Source of the DNA: Clostridiales bacterium
GTDB lineage: Bacteria; Bacillota; Clostridia; Peptostreptococcales; JAAYPU01
Direction: 5' to 3'
NCBI GenBank assembly: GCA_012519645.1
Contig: JAAYPU010000418.1
Location: 1 to 33,360, forward strand
DNA: 33,360 bases
Of this stretch, positions 1 through 8,236 are shown one piece after another; position 1 is the first letter of the stretch; every line of letters begins with the position of its first letter. The translations under genes were made by a program, and so were the position numbers. The notes beneath the pieces are model-generated. The model was not told the origin of the DNA. It made no database searches and saw only the letters and a list, made by a program, of their open reading frames with translations.

Positions 1-136
1 CATCAGGAATTATTTTTTTAAATCCAAAAAACCCAAAGAATCCAAAGAAGCCATAAAACCCTGAATTGTCGGTAAAAAATCCTAATAGCCCCAATAATCC
101 TAAAAAGCCCAATAAAAATATCCAATTCTTATTCAT
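1..136 (-). CDS. Small hydrophobic membrane protein, DUF3796-like (N-terminal part only; gene runs off the window start)
   Basis: Minus-strand ATG at 134-136 lies 6 nt downstream of GGAGGG (143-148). Translation is MNKNWIFLLGFLGLLGLLGFFTDNSGFYGFFGFFGFFGFKKIIPD..., whose Gly/Phe/Leu repeats recall DUF3796-type proteins. It is absent from the ORF track because it is truncated. Confidence 0.5.
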   Translation of the reverse strand, partial: MNKNWIFLLGFLGLLGLLGFFTDNSGFYGFFGFFGFFGFKKIIPD

Positions 137-150
137 ATTATTCCCTCCAT

Positions 151-193
151 AATGTTATATATTTATAACTTTATGTTATAAATATATAACATT
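151..193. repeat. Perfect 19-bp inverted repeat with a 5-nt spacer (candidate operator or 5'-UTR hairpin)
   Basis: AATGTTATATATTTATAAC (151-169), tttat, GTTATAAATATATAACATT (175-193). The arms are exact reverse complements. The repeat sits 3 nt upstream of the RBS of the DUF3796-like gene, in the divergent intergenic region with azlC. Confidence 0.8.
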
Positions 194-355
194 CCAAAAA
201 AAGTGTCAACACAAAATTCTATAAAAATTTTTTCAATTGTTGTTTAAATACAAAAAAACAATTAATATAGTTATGGGGATTATTCTGATATATAGTTCAA
301 TTTTAACTTTCTAATTTTCTTGATAAATATATGGATATGATTGAAGGGCTCAGAA

Positions 356-1117
356 ATGAAAGATAATACAAACAGCTTGGGATCTGATATTGATTTACAT
401 GAATCAAGTAATATGAATTTTTGGAAAAAAGGCCTTAAGGACGGGATACCAATTGGGTTGGGTTATATTGCTGTTTCCTTTACTTTTGGAATAATGGCAA
501 AAAATGCAGGACTTACTGCCTTGCAGGCTACTGTTATGTCCTTTACCAATCTTACGTCGGCAGGACAATTTGCCTCGCTGGGTTTAATCAAGGCCTCAGC
601 CGGTTTGCTTGAAATGGCAGTTACCCAACTAATCATTAATCTCAGATATTGTCTCATGTCCTGTTCCCTTTCCCAAAAAATAAATAAAAACACTGCATTT
701 GTGCACCGACTTATAGTTGCAGCAGGTATTACGGATGAAATATTCGGCGTTTCGGTATGCTCAAAAGGAAAATTAAATCCTTTTTATACATATGGTTTAA
801 TGTCCGTTGCTGTACCCGGCTGGGCATTTGGAACCTTTCTGGGTGTGGTTTCAGGCAATATTCTTCCAACAAGATTACTAAGCGCATTAAGCATAGCTCT
901 TTATAGTATGTTCATTGCAGTAATAATTCCGCCTGCAAGGGGAAATAAAATTATCGCAGGTATAATTATAATTTCAATGCTTTTAAGCCTGCTGTTCACT
1001 ATCCTGCCCTTATTTAATCATATATCCTCCGGTTTTCGCATCATTATCCTTACGATATTGATTGCAGGAATAGCGGCAATACTTTTTCCGATAAAGGAGG
1101 ATAGCAATGAATTATAA
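356..1117 (+). CDS. azlC: AzlC-family branched-chain amino acid permease subunit
   Basis: The ORF is multi-TM and contains the AzlC-like block GLGYIAVSFTFGIMAKNAGLTALQATVMSFTNLTSAGQFASL. ATG at 356 lies 7 nt after GAAGGG (the ORF track starts at an upstream TTG, 341). It overlaps the downstream azlD. Confidence 0.8.
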   Translation: MKDNTNSLGSDIDLHESSNMNFWKKGLKDGIPIGLGYIAVSFTFGIMAKNAGLTALQATVMSFTNLTSAGQFASLGLIKASAGLLEMAVTQLIINLRYCLMSCSLSQKINKNTAFVHRLIVAAGITDEIFGVSVCSKGKLNPFYTYGLMSVAVPGWAFGTFLGVVSGNILPTRLLSALSIALYSMFIAVIIPPARGNKIIAGIIIISMLLSLLFTILPLFNHISSGFRIIILTILIAGIAAILFPIKEDSNEL

Positions 1118-1415
1118 TGTATATTTATATATCATCGTTATGGCAGCCGTAACTTATGCTATCAGGGTAATACCTATCGCTTTGATACAAAAAGATATAA
1201 AAAATACTACTATCCGTTCCTTTTTATATTATGTGCCTTACGTTACGCTGGCAGTGATGACCTTTCCGGCAATTCTTACCGCGACTTCAAGCACATGGTC
1301 TGCATTATGCGGCCTTATTGCTGCAATCGTCCTAGCTTATTACAGGTTCAGTTTGTTCAAAATTTCCTTGTCGGCATGCTTTGTAGTCTTCCTTATAGAG
1401 CTTTTTATATATTAA
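1107..1415 (+). CDS. azlD: AzlD-family branched-chain amino acid transport protein
   Basis: This is a 102-aa, 3-4 TM protein that overlaps the azlC stop by 11 nt. AAGGAGG lies upstream of the ATG. The azlCD pairing is the canonical arrangement. Confidence 0.75.
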   Translation: MNYNVYLYIIVMAAVTYAIRVIPIALIQKDIKNTTIRSFLYYVPYVTLAVMTFPAILTATSSTWSALCGLIAAIVLAYYRFSLFKISLSACFVVFLIELFIY

Positions 1416-1418
1416 AGC

Positions 1419-1441
1419 CATGCAAACTTCTGTTTTGCATG
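1419..1441 (+). terminator. Putative intrinsic terminator after azlD
   Basis: Stem CATGCAAA (1419-1426) pairs with TTTGCATG (1434-1441) around a 7-nt loop, followed by a T-rich stretch. Confidence 0.4.
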
Positions 1442-1516
1442 TTCTATATTTTTGACTGCATATTTTAAAAATAGTATAATTTTTATGATCAAACATACAA
1501 AGGAGAGATAGAATAT

Positions 1517-2113
1517 ATGTTAAATAAAAAGGAAACAGCATTACTGGTAATTGATATGCAATACGGAGGCGGCGCTCCAGACGGTTCTCTGGTAAAAATG
1601 CTGAACGTTGATGTCACTAAACAAGAGGATATAGTAACTCCAATGATAAAGTTAAAGGACTACTTTAATGAGAATGGGATGTTGGTTGTAAATATTAAAA
1701 CCGAATATGAAGAAGACTTTAGTGACTGGGAGATGCTGGCTGAAAGATTTGAAGTAAAAAAGTACAAGCACTTTGTTAAAGGCTCACCTGACGCAGAAAT
1801 TATTCCCCCTCTGGCTCCCCGGGAAGGTGAAGAACTGGTAATCAAAAATAGATGGAATGGTTTTTTCAACACTAATCTGGATGAGTTACTTAAAAGCAAG
1901 AACATTAAGAATCTGATAATTGTGGGAGCTGCAACAGATGTTTGTGTATTGGAAACCTGCAGTTATGCTTTTTCTTTAAATTATAACTGTATCGTACCAA
2001 TTGAGACTACTGCATCTTTTAATGCCGAAAGAAAGCAAATGGGACTTGAAATGCTTAAATTCGGGCGTGCACAGGTTGTCAATGTAGATGAAGTATATAA
2101 GATGTTTGAATAG
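1517..2113 (+). CDS. Isochorismatase-family cysteine hydrolase
   Basis: N-terminal LLVIDMQ, the nucleophile context GAATDVCVLET, and a length of 198 aa fit the family. AAGGAGAG RBS lies upstream. Confidence 0.8.
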   Translation: MLNKKETALLVIDMQYGGGAPDGSLVKMLNVDVTKQEDIVTPMIKLKDYFNENGMLVVNIKTEYEEDFSDWEMLAERFEVKKYKHFVKGSPDAEIIPPLAPREGEELVIKNRWNGFFNTNLDELLKSKNIKNLIIVGAATDVCVLETCSYAFSLNYNCIVPIETTASFNAERKQMGLEMLKFGRAQVVNVDEVYKMFE

Positions 2114-2126
2114 GATCTGACCATAT

Positions 2127-2162
2127 AAAAACCAGGGCTGATTGATTATTTGCCCTGGTTTT
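2127..2162. terminator. Bidirectional intrinsic terminator between the convergent isochorismatase gene and rlmH
   Basis: AAAACCAGGGC (2128-2138) pairs with GCCCTGGTTTT (2152-2162). A-runs and T-runs flank it on both sides. Confidence 0.7.
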
Positions 2163-2164
2163 AC

Positions 2165-2644
2165 TTATTTATGATAGGGTTCATTTTTGATGATTTTAAA
2201 GCCTCTGTAAATTTGCTCCAGTAATATCAGCCTCATCAGCTGATGGGGAAAGGTCATTGGTGAAAATGAAAGTCTGAAATCCGCTCTCTTAATTACTTCT
2301 TCCCCTAAGCCTAAAGAACCGCCGATAATAAAAGCCAGATTGCTTTTTCCTTGCACTCCTAAGGCTTCAATTTTTTCAGCCAATTCTTCGGATGATAATG
2401 TTTTCCCGTTAATTTCAAGGGCAAAAACATACATATCGTCTTTTATATTTTTTAAAATGCTTTCACCTTCGATAATTTTAAGGTTTTCTCTTTCTGCATC
2501 TGATAGATTTTCAGGAGCTTTTTCTTCCTTCGTTTCAATAATCGACATGTTACAATAATTACTTAACCTCTTAAAATATTCTTTAACACCTTCCGACAAA
2601 TATTTCTCTTTGATTTTCCCGACGCATACGATTGTTATTTTCAT
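2165..2644 (-). CDS. rlmH: 23S rRNA (pseudouridine1915-N3)-methyltransferase RlmH
   Basis: MKITIVCVGKIKEKYL...IIGGSLGL...MTFPHQLMRLILLEQIYR is the typical SPOUT RlmH sequence. The second ATG (2644) has better spacing from GGGG than the ORF-track start at 2650. Confidence 0.9.
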   Translation of the reverse strand: MKITIVCVGKIKEKYLSEGVKEYFKRLSNYCNMSIIETKEEKAPENLSDAERENLKIIEGESILKNIKDDMYVFALEINGKTLSSEELAEKIEALGVQGKSNLAFIIGGSLGLGEEVIKRADFRLSFSPMTFPHQLMRLILLEQIYRGFKIIKNEPYHK

Positions 2645-2681
2645 ATTCATTTCCCCATCATATTTTATTTAATAAAAGAGT

Positions 2682-2706
2682 GGGATATCCCTCTCGTGGA
2701 TATCCC
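2682..2706 (-). terminator. Hairpin (terminator or attenuator) between htrA-like gene and rlmH
   Basis: GGGATATCC (2682-2690) pairs with GGATATCCC (2698-2706), a 9-bp stem. On the minus strand it is followed by ACTCTTTTATT. Confidence 0.4.
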
Positions 2707-2718
2707 GCTTTAAATCAT

Positions 2719-3921
2719 TTATTGCACATCTGTAGTTTCCTTAAGTGTTACCTGCAAAGTCATTTTATTTTTATCTCTTACTACCTCTATCTCTATTGTA
2801 TCTCCCGGGCGATATTGATACAGCTTGCTGACCAGCTGCGACATGTTTGCAATATCTTTATTTTCTATCCTTATAATAATATCTTCTTCCTTCAATCCTG
2901 CCTTGGCAGCCGCAGAATCCGTAAAGATTTGATATATATACACACCTTGGTTGACTCCTAAATCTTCATTAAAGCTCTGCAAGTATTGTTCTACATTCAC
3001 TGCTTTAATACCCAAAACAGCTTTCTTGAATTCTCCTTTTTCGATATACTGCTGTACTATCGGCTGGGCAATATTTATCGGAATAGCAAATCCCAAGCCT
3101 TCTCCGGATTGAATTTTTGCAGTATTGATCCCTATTACCTGACCATATTGATTGCACAATGGACCGCCGCTGTTTCCGGGATTAATGGATGCATCCGTCT
3201 GAATAAGCCCTTCTATACTTTCATAATTGCTGATAGGAATGGTTCTGTTCAGTCCGCTTATTATCCCTTGTGTAACGGTTCTTTCAAATTGAAAACCTAA
3301 AGGATTTCCTATGGCAACGGCATATTCTCCTACTCGCAATTCATCCGAATTACCAAGTTCCGCCGGAGTTAAATTCTGTGCATCAACTTTTACAATAGCT
3401 AAATCGATAATTGCATCATTCCACAGTAGTTTTCCTTCAAGCTCTCTGCCGTCATTCAATAATACTTTCAGTGCCTGCATATTTCCATTGTTCACTACAT
3501 GGGAATTGGTAAGTATATATCCGTTTTTATCAACAATGACTCCTGTTCCGACGCCTTCACTTGTTTGTCTTCCAAAGAAGCTGTTATATACAACCTGAGT
3601 AGAAATTCCCACAACGGAGGGCAGTACTTTCTCAGCAACGGCAGCTGCTGCATCTAGGGGGACATCCTTTGTATAAATCTCTACTTTGCTGGGGCTATCT
3701 CCAATGTCAGTGTAAGGAAGAAATTGCGGAATAGCAAAGAAAGCAATGGCTCCACCTGCTAAGCCTGAAATTAAAGAAATAATAATGACAGCTATTATTG
3801 AGAGTCTGACTGTTTTTTTATTCTTTTTCTTTGAAACAAACTGCTGATACAGCTCTTCTGTTCTTTCTTTATCCAATAAATGCCTGATGGCTTCCTGATC
3901 ATTATCTTGATAGTTATCCAT
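2719..3921 (-). CDS. HtrA/DegP-family (S1C) serine protease with N-terminal TM anchor and C-terminal PDZ domain
   Basis: The catalytic triad contexts are present: TNSHVV, DLAIVKV and GNSGGPL. A PDZ-like C-terminus and one TM helix are also present. Its position after yycJ mirrors B. subtilis htrC (yyxA). Confidence 0.9.
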   Translation of the reverse strand: MDNYQDNDQEAIRHLLDKERTEELYQQFVSKKKNKKTVRLSIIAVIIISLISGLAGGAIAFFAIPQFLPYTDIGDSPSKVEIYTKDVPLDAAAAVAEKVLPSVVGISTQVVYNSFFGRQTSEGVGTGVIVDKNGYILTNSHVVNNGNMQALKVLLNDGRELEGKLLWNDAIIDLAIVKVDAQNLTPAELGNSDELRVGEYAVAIGNPLGFQFERTVTQGIISGLNRTIPISNYESIEGLIQTDASINPGNSGGPLCNQYGQVIGINTAKIQSGEGLGFAIPINIAQPIVQQYIEKGEFKKAVLGIKAVNVEQYLQSFNEDLGVNQGVYIYQIFTDSAAAKAGLKEEDIIIRIENKDIANMSQLVSKLYQYRPGDTIEIEVVRDKNKMTLQVTLKETTDVQ

Positions 3922-4744
3922 AAAAACACCTCTCCTTTTTCCTTACATTATATATTGCACTCATTGTTTCTCTCAAAGCAGTGTATACATGTATATCTTC
4001 TCCAATATAATATTTCTCTTCCTCTAAAATATTCTTAATAGTTTGATATGCCATTTCAGGGAAATTGTTTTCATGACTCAAATGTGCAAGTAAAACCTGT
4101 CGCTCTTTGCTATTATTTTTCTGAAGTATATCAATAAGAGTTTTTCCGGCATCAATATTGGATAAATGCCCTTGGCTCCCCAATATACGCTGTTTCAGAT
4201 ACCATGGATAGCGTCCCATTTTTAGCATTTCTATATCATGGTTCGCTTCAAGTATAAGGAAGTCCGCGTCAACAATTTCTTCTAAAACTTCAGATGTCAT
4301 ACTCCCAATATCCGTTGCAGTACTTATCTGTAAATTCTCCTTATAAAAAGAAAACCCAACCGGTGCTGCTGCGTCATGAGGAATAGCATAAGGCTTAATA
4401 CGAATATCATGCAAATCAAAGCTTTCTCCTGTCGAAAAAGTCTTAATATTATGTTCCTTGATTTCACCTAACTGACATAGCATCTTTTCCCAGGTTTTAT
4501 TATTGGCATATATAGGAATATCATGTTTTCTGGAAAGAATGCCTGCTCCTTTTATATGATCCGTATGCTCATGTGTAATCAGGATAGCAGTGATCTCACC
4601 AGGTGATACTCCTAAAGTATTCAAGCTTTCTGTTATTCTTTTCGCCGATATCCCTGCATCTAAAAGAATTTTTGTGTCTTTAGATGCAATTAGATAGCAG
4701 TTGCCGCTGCTGCCGCTGGCAATTGAACAAATCAACAAATCCAT
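3914..4744 (-). CDS. MBL-fold metallo-hydrolase, YycJ/WalJ-like
   Basis: It has the HxHxDH motif (ITHEHTDH) and is 276 aa long. It overlaps the htrA-like start by 8 nt. Synteny is yycH-yycI-yycJ-htrC-rlmH, as in Bacillus. Confidence 0.8.
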   Translation of the reverse strand: MDLLICSIASGSSGNCYLIASKDTKILLDAGISAKRITESLNTLGVSPGEITAILITHEHTDHIKGAGILSRKHDIPIYANNKTWEKMLCQLGEIKEHNIKTFSTGESFDLHDIRIKPYAIPHDAAAPVGFSFYKENLQISTATDIGSMTSEVLEEIVDADFLILEANHDIEMLKMGRYPWYLKQRILGSQGHLSNIDAGKTLIDILQKNNSKERQVLLAHLSHENNFPEMAYQTIKNILEEEKYYIGEDIHVYTALRETMSAIYNVRKKERCFYG

Positions 4745-4770
4745 ATCTATTCTCCATCTTTGATAGCCCT

Positions 4771-4799
4771 ATTATATTATAAATCTTTAATTAAGACAA
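4771..4799 (-). promoter_or_regulatory. Putative sigmaA-type promoter for yycJ-htrA
   Basis: On the minus strand, TTGTCT (4794-4799) is followed by a 17-nt spacer and TATAAT (4771-4776). AT-rich DNA gives many chance matches. Confidence 0.3.
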
Positions 4800-4840
4800 T
4801 TTTGTGACAGCTTTTTGACACTATAAAAGCAGCCGCTCAA

Positions 4841-5578
4841 TCATTCCTTATATGCATTGATGCATTTTTTCTCGCCATTATATGATATACACCAAGCCGG
4901 GAACGCTGTGTCCGAAGTTGTATCTTCCATATCAAACAAAAACATGTCCGGGACCCAATATACCAGCTGAATATCCGTAATGTTTATTGGGGTTTGGCTC
5001 GAATCTATCAGCCCGGCAAACTTAAATAATGCTGTCGTTGCAGCAATGATTTCTTTTTTATTTGTTCCGCTTTTTGTGGGCGTCAAAAGCAACGGTTCTA
5101 TATCAGTGATCCGGCCGTTTTCTATAACGCACGTGATGAAACTGCTTTCCAGCGGAATATCATTGTAGTAGTTTTTAAAAGTAACAATATATCCGTTTTC
5201 TTGGTCAATAAAGGTTTCAAGTCTGGCATGCTCATTAAAAAGTCCGCTTTCTATAAGAAAATCCTTCAAACGCTGGACAATCTCTTCCTGGCTCATGTTT
5301 CCCGCAAAGCTTACAGCCGCATTTTCTATCAATTGCTGAATCTTTTCAGGAGGATAATTATCATATCTGACATTGAGAACAGGCATTGATTTAGTTCTTT
5401 CAGGAATGGATGAATAAACGTAAATATTCCTGCTTGCCAAAAAGCTTCTGATATCATTTTCTTCATCTAAATTTACATATTGCATATTATTCTTTACTAT
5501 AAATAAACTGGCACCTAAAATAATATTCGTTATTATCAGTGCCGCAATCAATATCGTTTTTGCTTTAGTCCAATCCAT
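4841..5578 (-). CDS. YycI-like (WalI-like) membrane-anchored regulatory protein
   Basis: The N-terminus MDWTKAKTILIAALIITNIILG resembles the characteristic YycI start (MDW-K-K, then a TM helix). The protein is 245 aa with a single N-terminal TM, and it lies between the yycH-like and yycJ genes. Confidence 0.65.
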   Translation of the reverse strand: MDWTKAKTILIAALIITNIILGASLFIVKNNMQYVNLDEENDIRSFLASRNIYVYSSIPERTKSMPVLNVRYDNYPPEKIQQLIENAAVSFAGNMSQEEIVQRLKDFLIESGLFNEHARLETFIDQENGYIVTFKNYYNDIPLESSFITCVIENGRITDIEPLLLTPTKSGTNKKEIIAATTALFKFAGLIDSSQTPINITDIQLVYWVPDMFLFDMEDTTSDTAFPAWCISYNGEKKCINAYKE

Positions 5579-5586
5579 ACTATCCC

Positions 5587-7068
5587 CTACCTTATAGGCT
5601 TGCTACCCAGAGATTCTCCCGTTTGTGCATTGAATAAAAAGACATATTTATCTGTCATAAAGATCCATGCGGGTATCAATTGTATCTCTTCGTCTGGTTT
5701 TTTTCTATCAAGTGAAAAATATCCGACATCCACCATATTTATCATGGATACGATCCTATTGAATACTTCTTCTTTATTATTCCCAAAATTATATCCGTTT
5801 TCTTGAACATATTTTTCTTTTATATATTCATAATTATTAGTCAGTATATTTTTTGCTGATAAAATGTTCCGAGTGCTATCACCGCTGTCATTGCTGAAAT
5901 ACTGAAGAGTATCCTTTTGGTTCAATAAATATCTTTTATAATATGTGATTTGATTTCCTACAACCTTTATCTCAATGGCTTCTCCTTCCTGGTAGTAAAC
6001 AGGATACCCGTTGATCCTGTACCCAAAGGTAAATTTATAGCCTTTTCTGTTAGCTTCCTCGATATTTACAGATTCTTTTAAATAAGGATATATATTTGTT
6101 CCGTTTAAAGTTTTCCAGCTTCCATGCTGTGTAACAAATGATACTGCTATTTCAAGGGCATCTGTATAATTTACTGCCGTATATCTGTCGGTATTCAATA
6201 CTTCCTTATATTCTATAAATCCTTTTCTGTCTATCAGCAGCATTTTTTGGCCGTAGCCATACATGTAAATGACCGTTCCGTTTGTTTCCTCAATTTTTCT
6301 TATAAAATCAAAATTATCACCAAAAAATCTTTCTGCGAGAACTTTGATTTTTTCTTGCTCAAAAACTTGTATTTCCTGATCTCCCGATATTTTTTGAATG
6401 TTGTTTTTTAATACCGTAGGAATCAAAATGTCATTCTGAGCTCCAAACAAAGCAGTAATAGTATCATATATATCAAAATCTCTTTTTTCTAATTCATCTA
6501 ACTCATTTAGTATTTCATTGTTTTGCTTTTTTTCCGAAACGATCATAAAATACTTATCTTTTTTCTTATCATATATAAAGAAGCTGTCCGGGCTTACTTC
6601 AGAATATGCTGCAGCAGAATAGTTTCCGATTACTTCATCTGCTATAGTATTATTAATACCCATTACTTCTCTCATGGCTGCATATGGGATATTATTTCCC
6701 AGGTCAAATTTAACGGACCTGCCTTTCAAAATCTCATCCCAATTTCCTTTGGATATTTCCTTAACGAATATTTCACCATCAAAAGCGCTTCTATATGCAT
6801 CAATAAAACTATACCATACATTATCAAATCCTGAATATAAAACGGTATATTTGTTCCCTCCAAAGTTTACTCGAAGACGAAAAGGCTCTAAAAAGTCCTT
6901 ACCTTTAATGCCTTCTTCTTTCTCCTCGACGTTTGTAATATTGAAATTAAAATAGTTTTTCTTTTCCGACCTTGCATTCCACAAAAAATATAATAGTAGT
7001 ATCGTTGTAAATACCAATACTACTATGGATATTGTCTTTATCTTTTCCTTACGGATAATTATTTGCAT
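5587..7068 (-). CDS. YycH-like (WalH-like) membrane-anchored extracytoplasmic regulatory protein
   Basis: The protein is 493 aa with one N-terminal TM (KIKTISIVVLVFTTILLLYFLW) and a large extracytoplasmic part. It lies immediately upstream of the yycI-like gene. The assignment rests mainly on synteny and architecture. Confidence 0.55.
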   Translation of the reverse strand: MQIIIRKEKIKTISIVVLVFTTILLLYFLWNARSEKKNYFNFNITNVEEKEEGIKGKDFLEPFRLRVNFGGNKYTVLYSGFDNVWYSFIDAYRSAFDGEIFVKEISKGNWDEILKGRSVKFDLGNNIPYAAMREVMGINNTIADEVIGNYSAAAYSEVSPDSFFIYDKKKDKYFMIVSEKKQNNEILNELDELEKRDFDIYDTITALFGAQNDILIPTVLKNNIQKISGDQEIQVFEQEKIKVLAERFFGDNFDFIRKIEETNGTVIYMYGYGQKMLLIDRKGFIEYKEVLNTDRYTAVNYTDALEIAVSFVTQHGSWKTLNGTNIYPYLKESVNIEEANRKGYKFTFGYRINGYPVYYQEGEAIEIKVVGNQITYYKRYLLNQKDTLQYFSNDSGDSTRNILSAKNILTNNYEYIKEKYVQENGYNFGNNKEEVFNRIVSMINMVDVGYFSLDRKKPDEEIQLIPAWIFMTDKYVFLFNAQTGESLGSKPIR

Positions 7069-7079
7069 TTTCCCCGCCT

Positions 7080-7688
7080 CTAATTTCCAAATATACTTTT
7101 TATAAAGTTTTGTATTGTTTGCAGCTTATTTGAAGGCTTTTCGTTAAAATTGTCATAACTTATAACTTCTTTGGGTTGCTCGCTTTTATCTTTAATTTCA
7201 AAATCCTTGTAAATTGTTCGCGTTACCTTACCTTCACTATCTAATTCTTCAATACTCATTTTGTATTTACCGGGCACAAGCTTTTCAAGCTGTAATGTAT
7301 AGAATGCGAAGTCCGTTGTGTTTATTGTTTCTCCGTATAAATATGTATAATCACTCATCGTATCATTTTTTTCGATTGTTTCTATTTTAATGGCACCGGA
7401 AGAGGTAATCGGGTATACATTGATATTTTTTGTGCCATTTACATCATTATGAGCATATAATGAGAATTTAAAAGATTTTTGTTCTTTAATTTTAATCGAT
7501 ATCAATAAGTAATCAGAATAAATTATATCCGTTGCCGGGTTAATAATCTCAATAGAAGCCGGACTGATATTTTTTATTTTATCCGAAATATTATTGACAT
7601 CTATATTCAAATCACTGCCTGCATATCCAATAAGAGTAAATGAACACACAAGAGCAATGATAAGCGCCAATGTAATAAGCTTTCTCAT
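7080..7688 (-). CDS. Hypothetical secreted or membrane-anchored beta-rich protein, first gene of the yycH-like operon
   Basis: It has a signal-peptide-like N-terminus (MRKLITLALIIALVCSFTLIGYAG). Its stop lies 11 nt from the yycH-like ATG, and the yycH RBS overlaps that stop. I recognise no family. Confidence 0.6.
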   Translation of the reverse strand: MRKLITLALIIALVCSFTLIGYAGSDLNIDVNNISDKIKNISPASIEIINPATDIIYSDYLLISIKIKEQKSFKFSLYAHNDVNGTKNINVYPITSSGAIKIETIEKNDTMSDYTYLYGETINTTDFAFYTLQLEKLVPGKYKMSIEELDSEGKVTRTIYKDFEIKDKSEQPKEVISYDNFNEKPSNKLQTIQNFIKSIFGN

Positions 7689-7826
7689 AAAGGTTCCTCC
7701 ACATAGTATATGTATAATAGTATTATCTGATTATATATTATTAATGTTACAAACAAATTACAATGACTTTAAGATATATTTACAATATTAATATATAAAA
7801 AATATGCTGATTTATTCGGTCAAGTA

Positions 7827-7853
7827 ACATTTTTTCTTTTTTCCCATACTATA
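7827..7853 (+). promoter_or_regulatory. Putative mother-cell sigma (SigK/SigE-type) promoter of the tiny TM peptide gene
   Basis: AC (7827-7828) is followed by a 16-nt spacer and CATACTATA (7845-7853), which fits AC-N16/17-CATANNNTA. It ends about 45 nt upstream of the ATG at 7901. Confidence 0.3.
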
Positions 7854-7900
7854 TAGTAAAATCCTTAATTATAATCTCTAAAAAACTGGAGGGAAAGTAT

Positions 7901-8113
7901 ATGAGTGCTGAAAAAAAAAGGCTTCTCGGTGCATTCGGAGATGATGGTTCATCATTATTATTCTTCTTCCTATTGCTAGTCGTATTATTCTGTAACTGCG
8001 ACCTGTTTAACGGAGTTGGAGGAATCAGCGGTTGTGACGATACCGACTCGAGCCTGTTATTCTTCTTCTTGCTTTTGGTTATTCTTTTCTGCAACTGCGG
8101 TTTTGGAATTTGA
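7901..8113 (+). CDS. Tiny tandem-duplicated Cys-containing transmembrane peptide (YjcZ / tiny-TM-like)
   Basis: GGAGGG lies 7 nt before the ATG and a strong terminator follows the gene. The 70-aa product has two copies of an acidic segment followed by SSLLFFFLLLV(V/I)LFCNC. The antisense ORFs across it are low-complexity shadows. Confidence 0.65.
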   Translation: MSAEKKRLLGAFGDDGSSLLFFFLLLVVLFCNCDLFNGVGGISGCDDTDSSLLFFFLLLVILFCNCGFGI

Positions 8114-8138
8114 CAATAGTTTGAAGGAACATATTTTC

Positions 8139-8171
8139 AAGGAATTCGCTCTATGTGAATTCCTTATTTTT
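8139..8171 (+). terminator. Intrinsic terminator of the tiny TM peptide gene
   Basis: AAGGAATTC (8139-8147) pairs with GAATTCCTT (8157-8165) around a 9-nt loop, followed by ATTTTT. Confidence 0.7.
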
Positions 8172-8236
8172 GCTTTATTTTGCAAATTCTTTTGATATAA
8201 TCTATCTAACAGTTCTATCATTTTCAGGAGGTTTTT

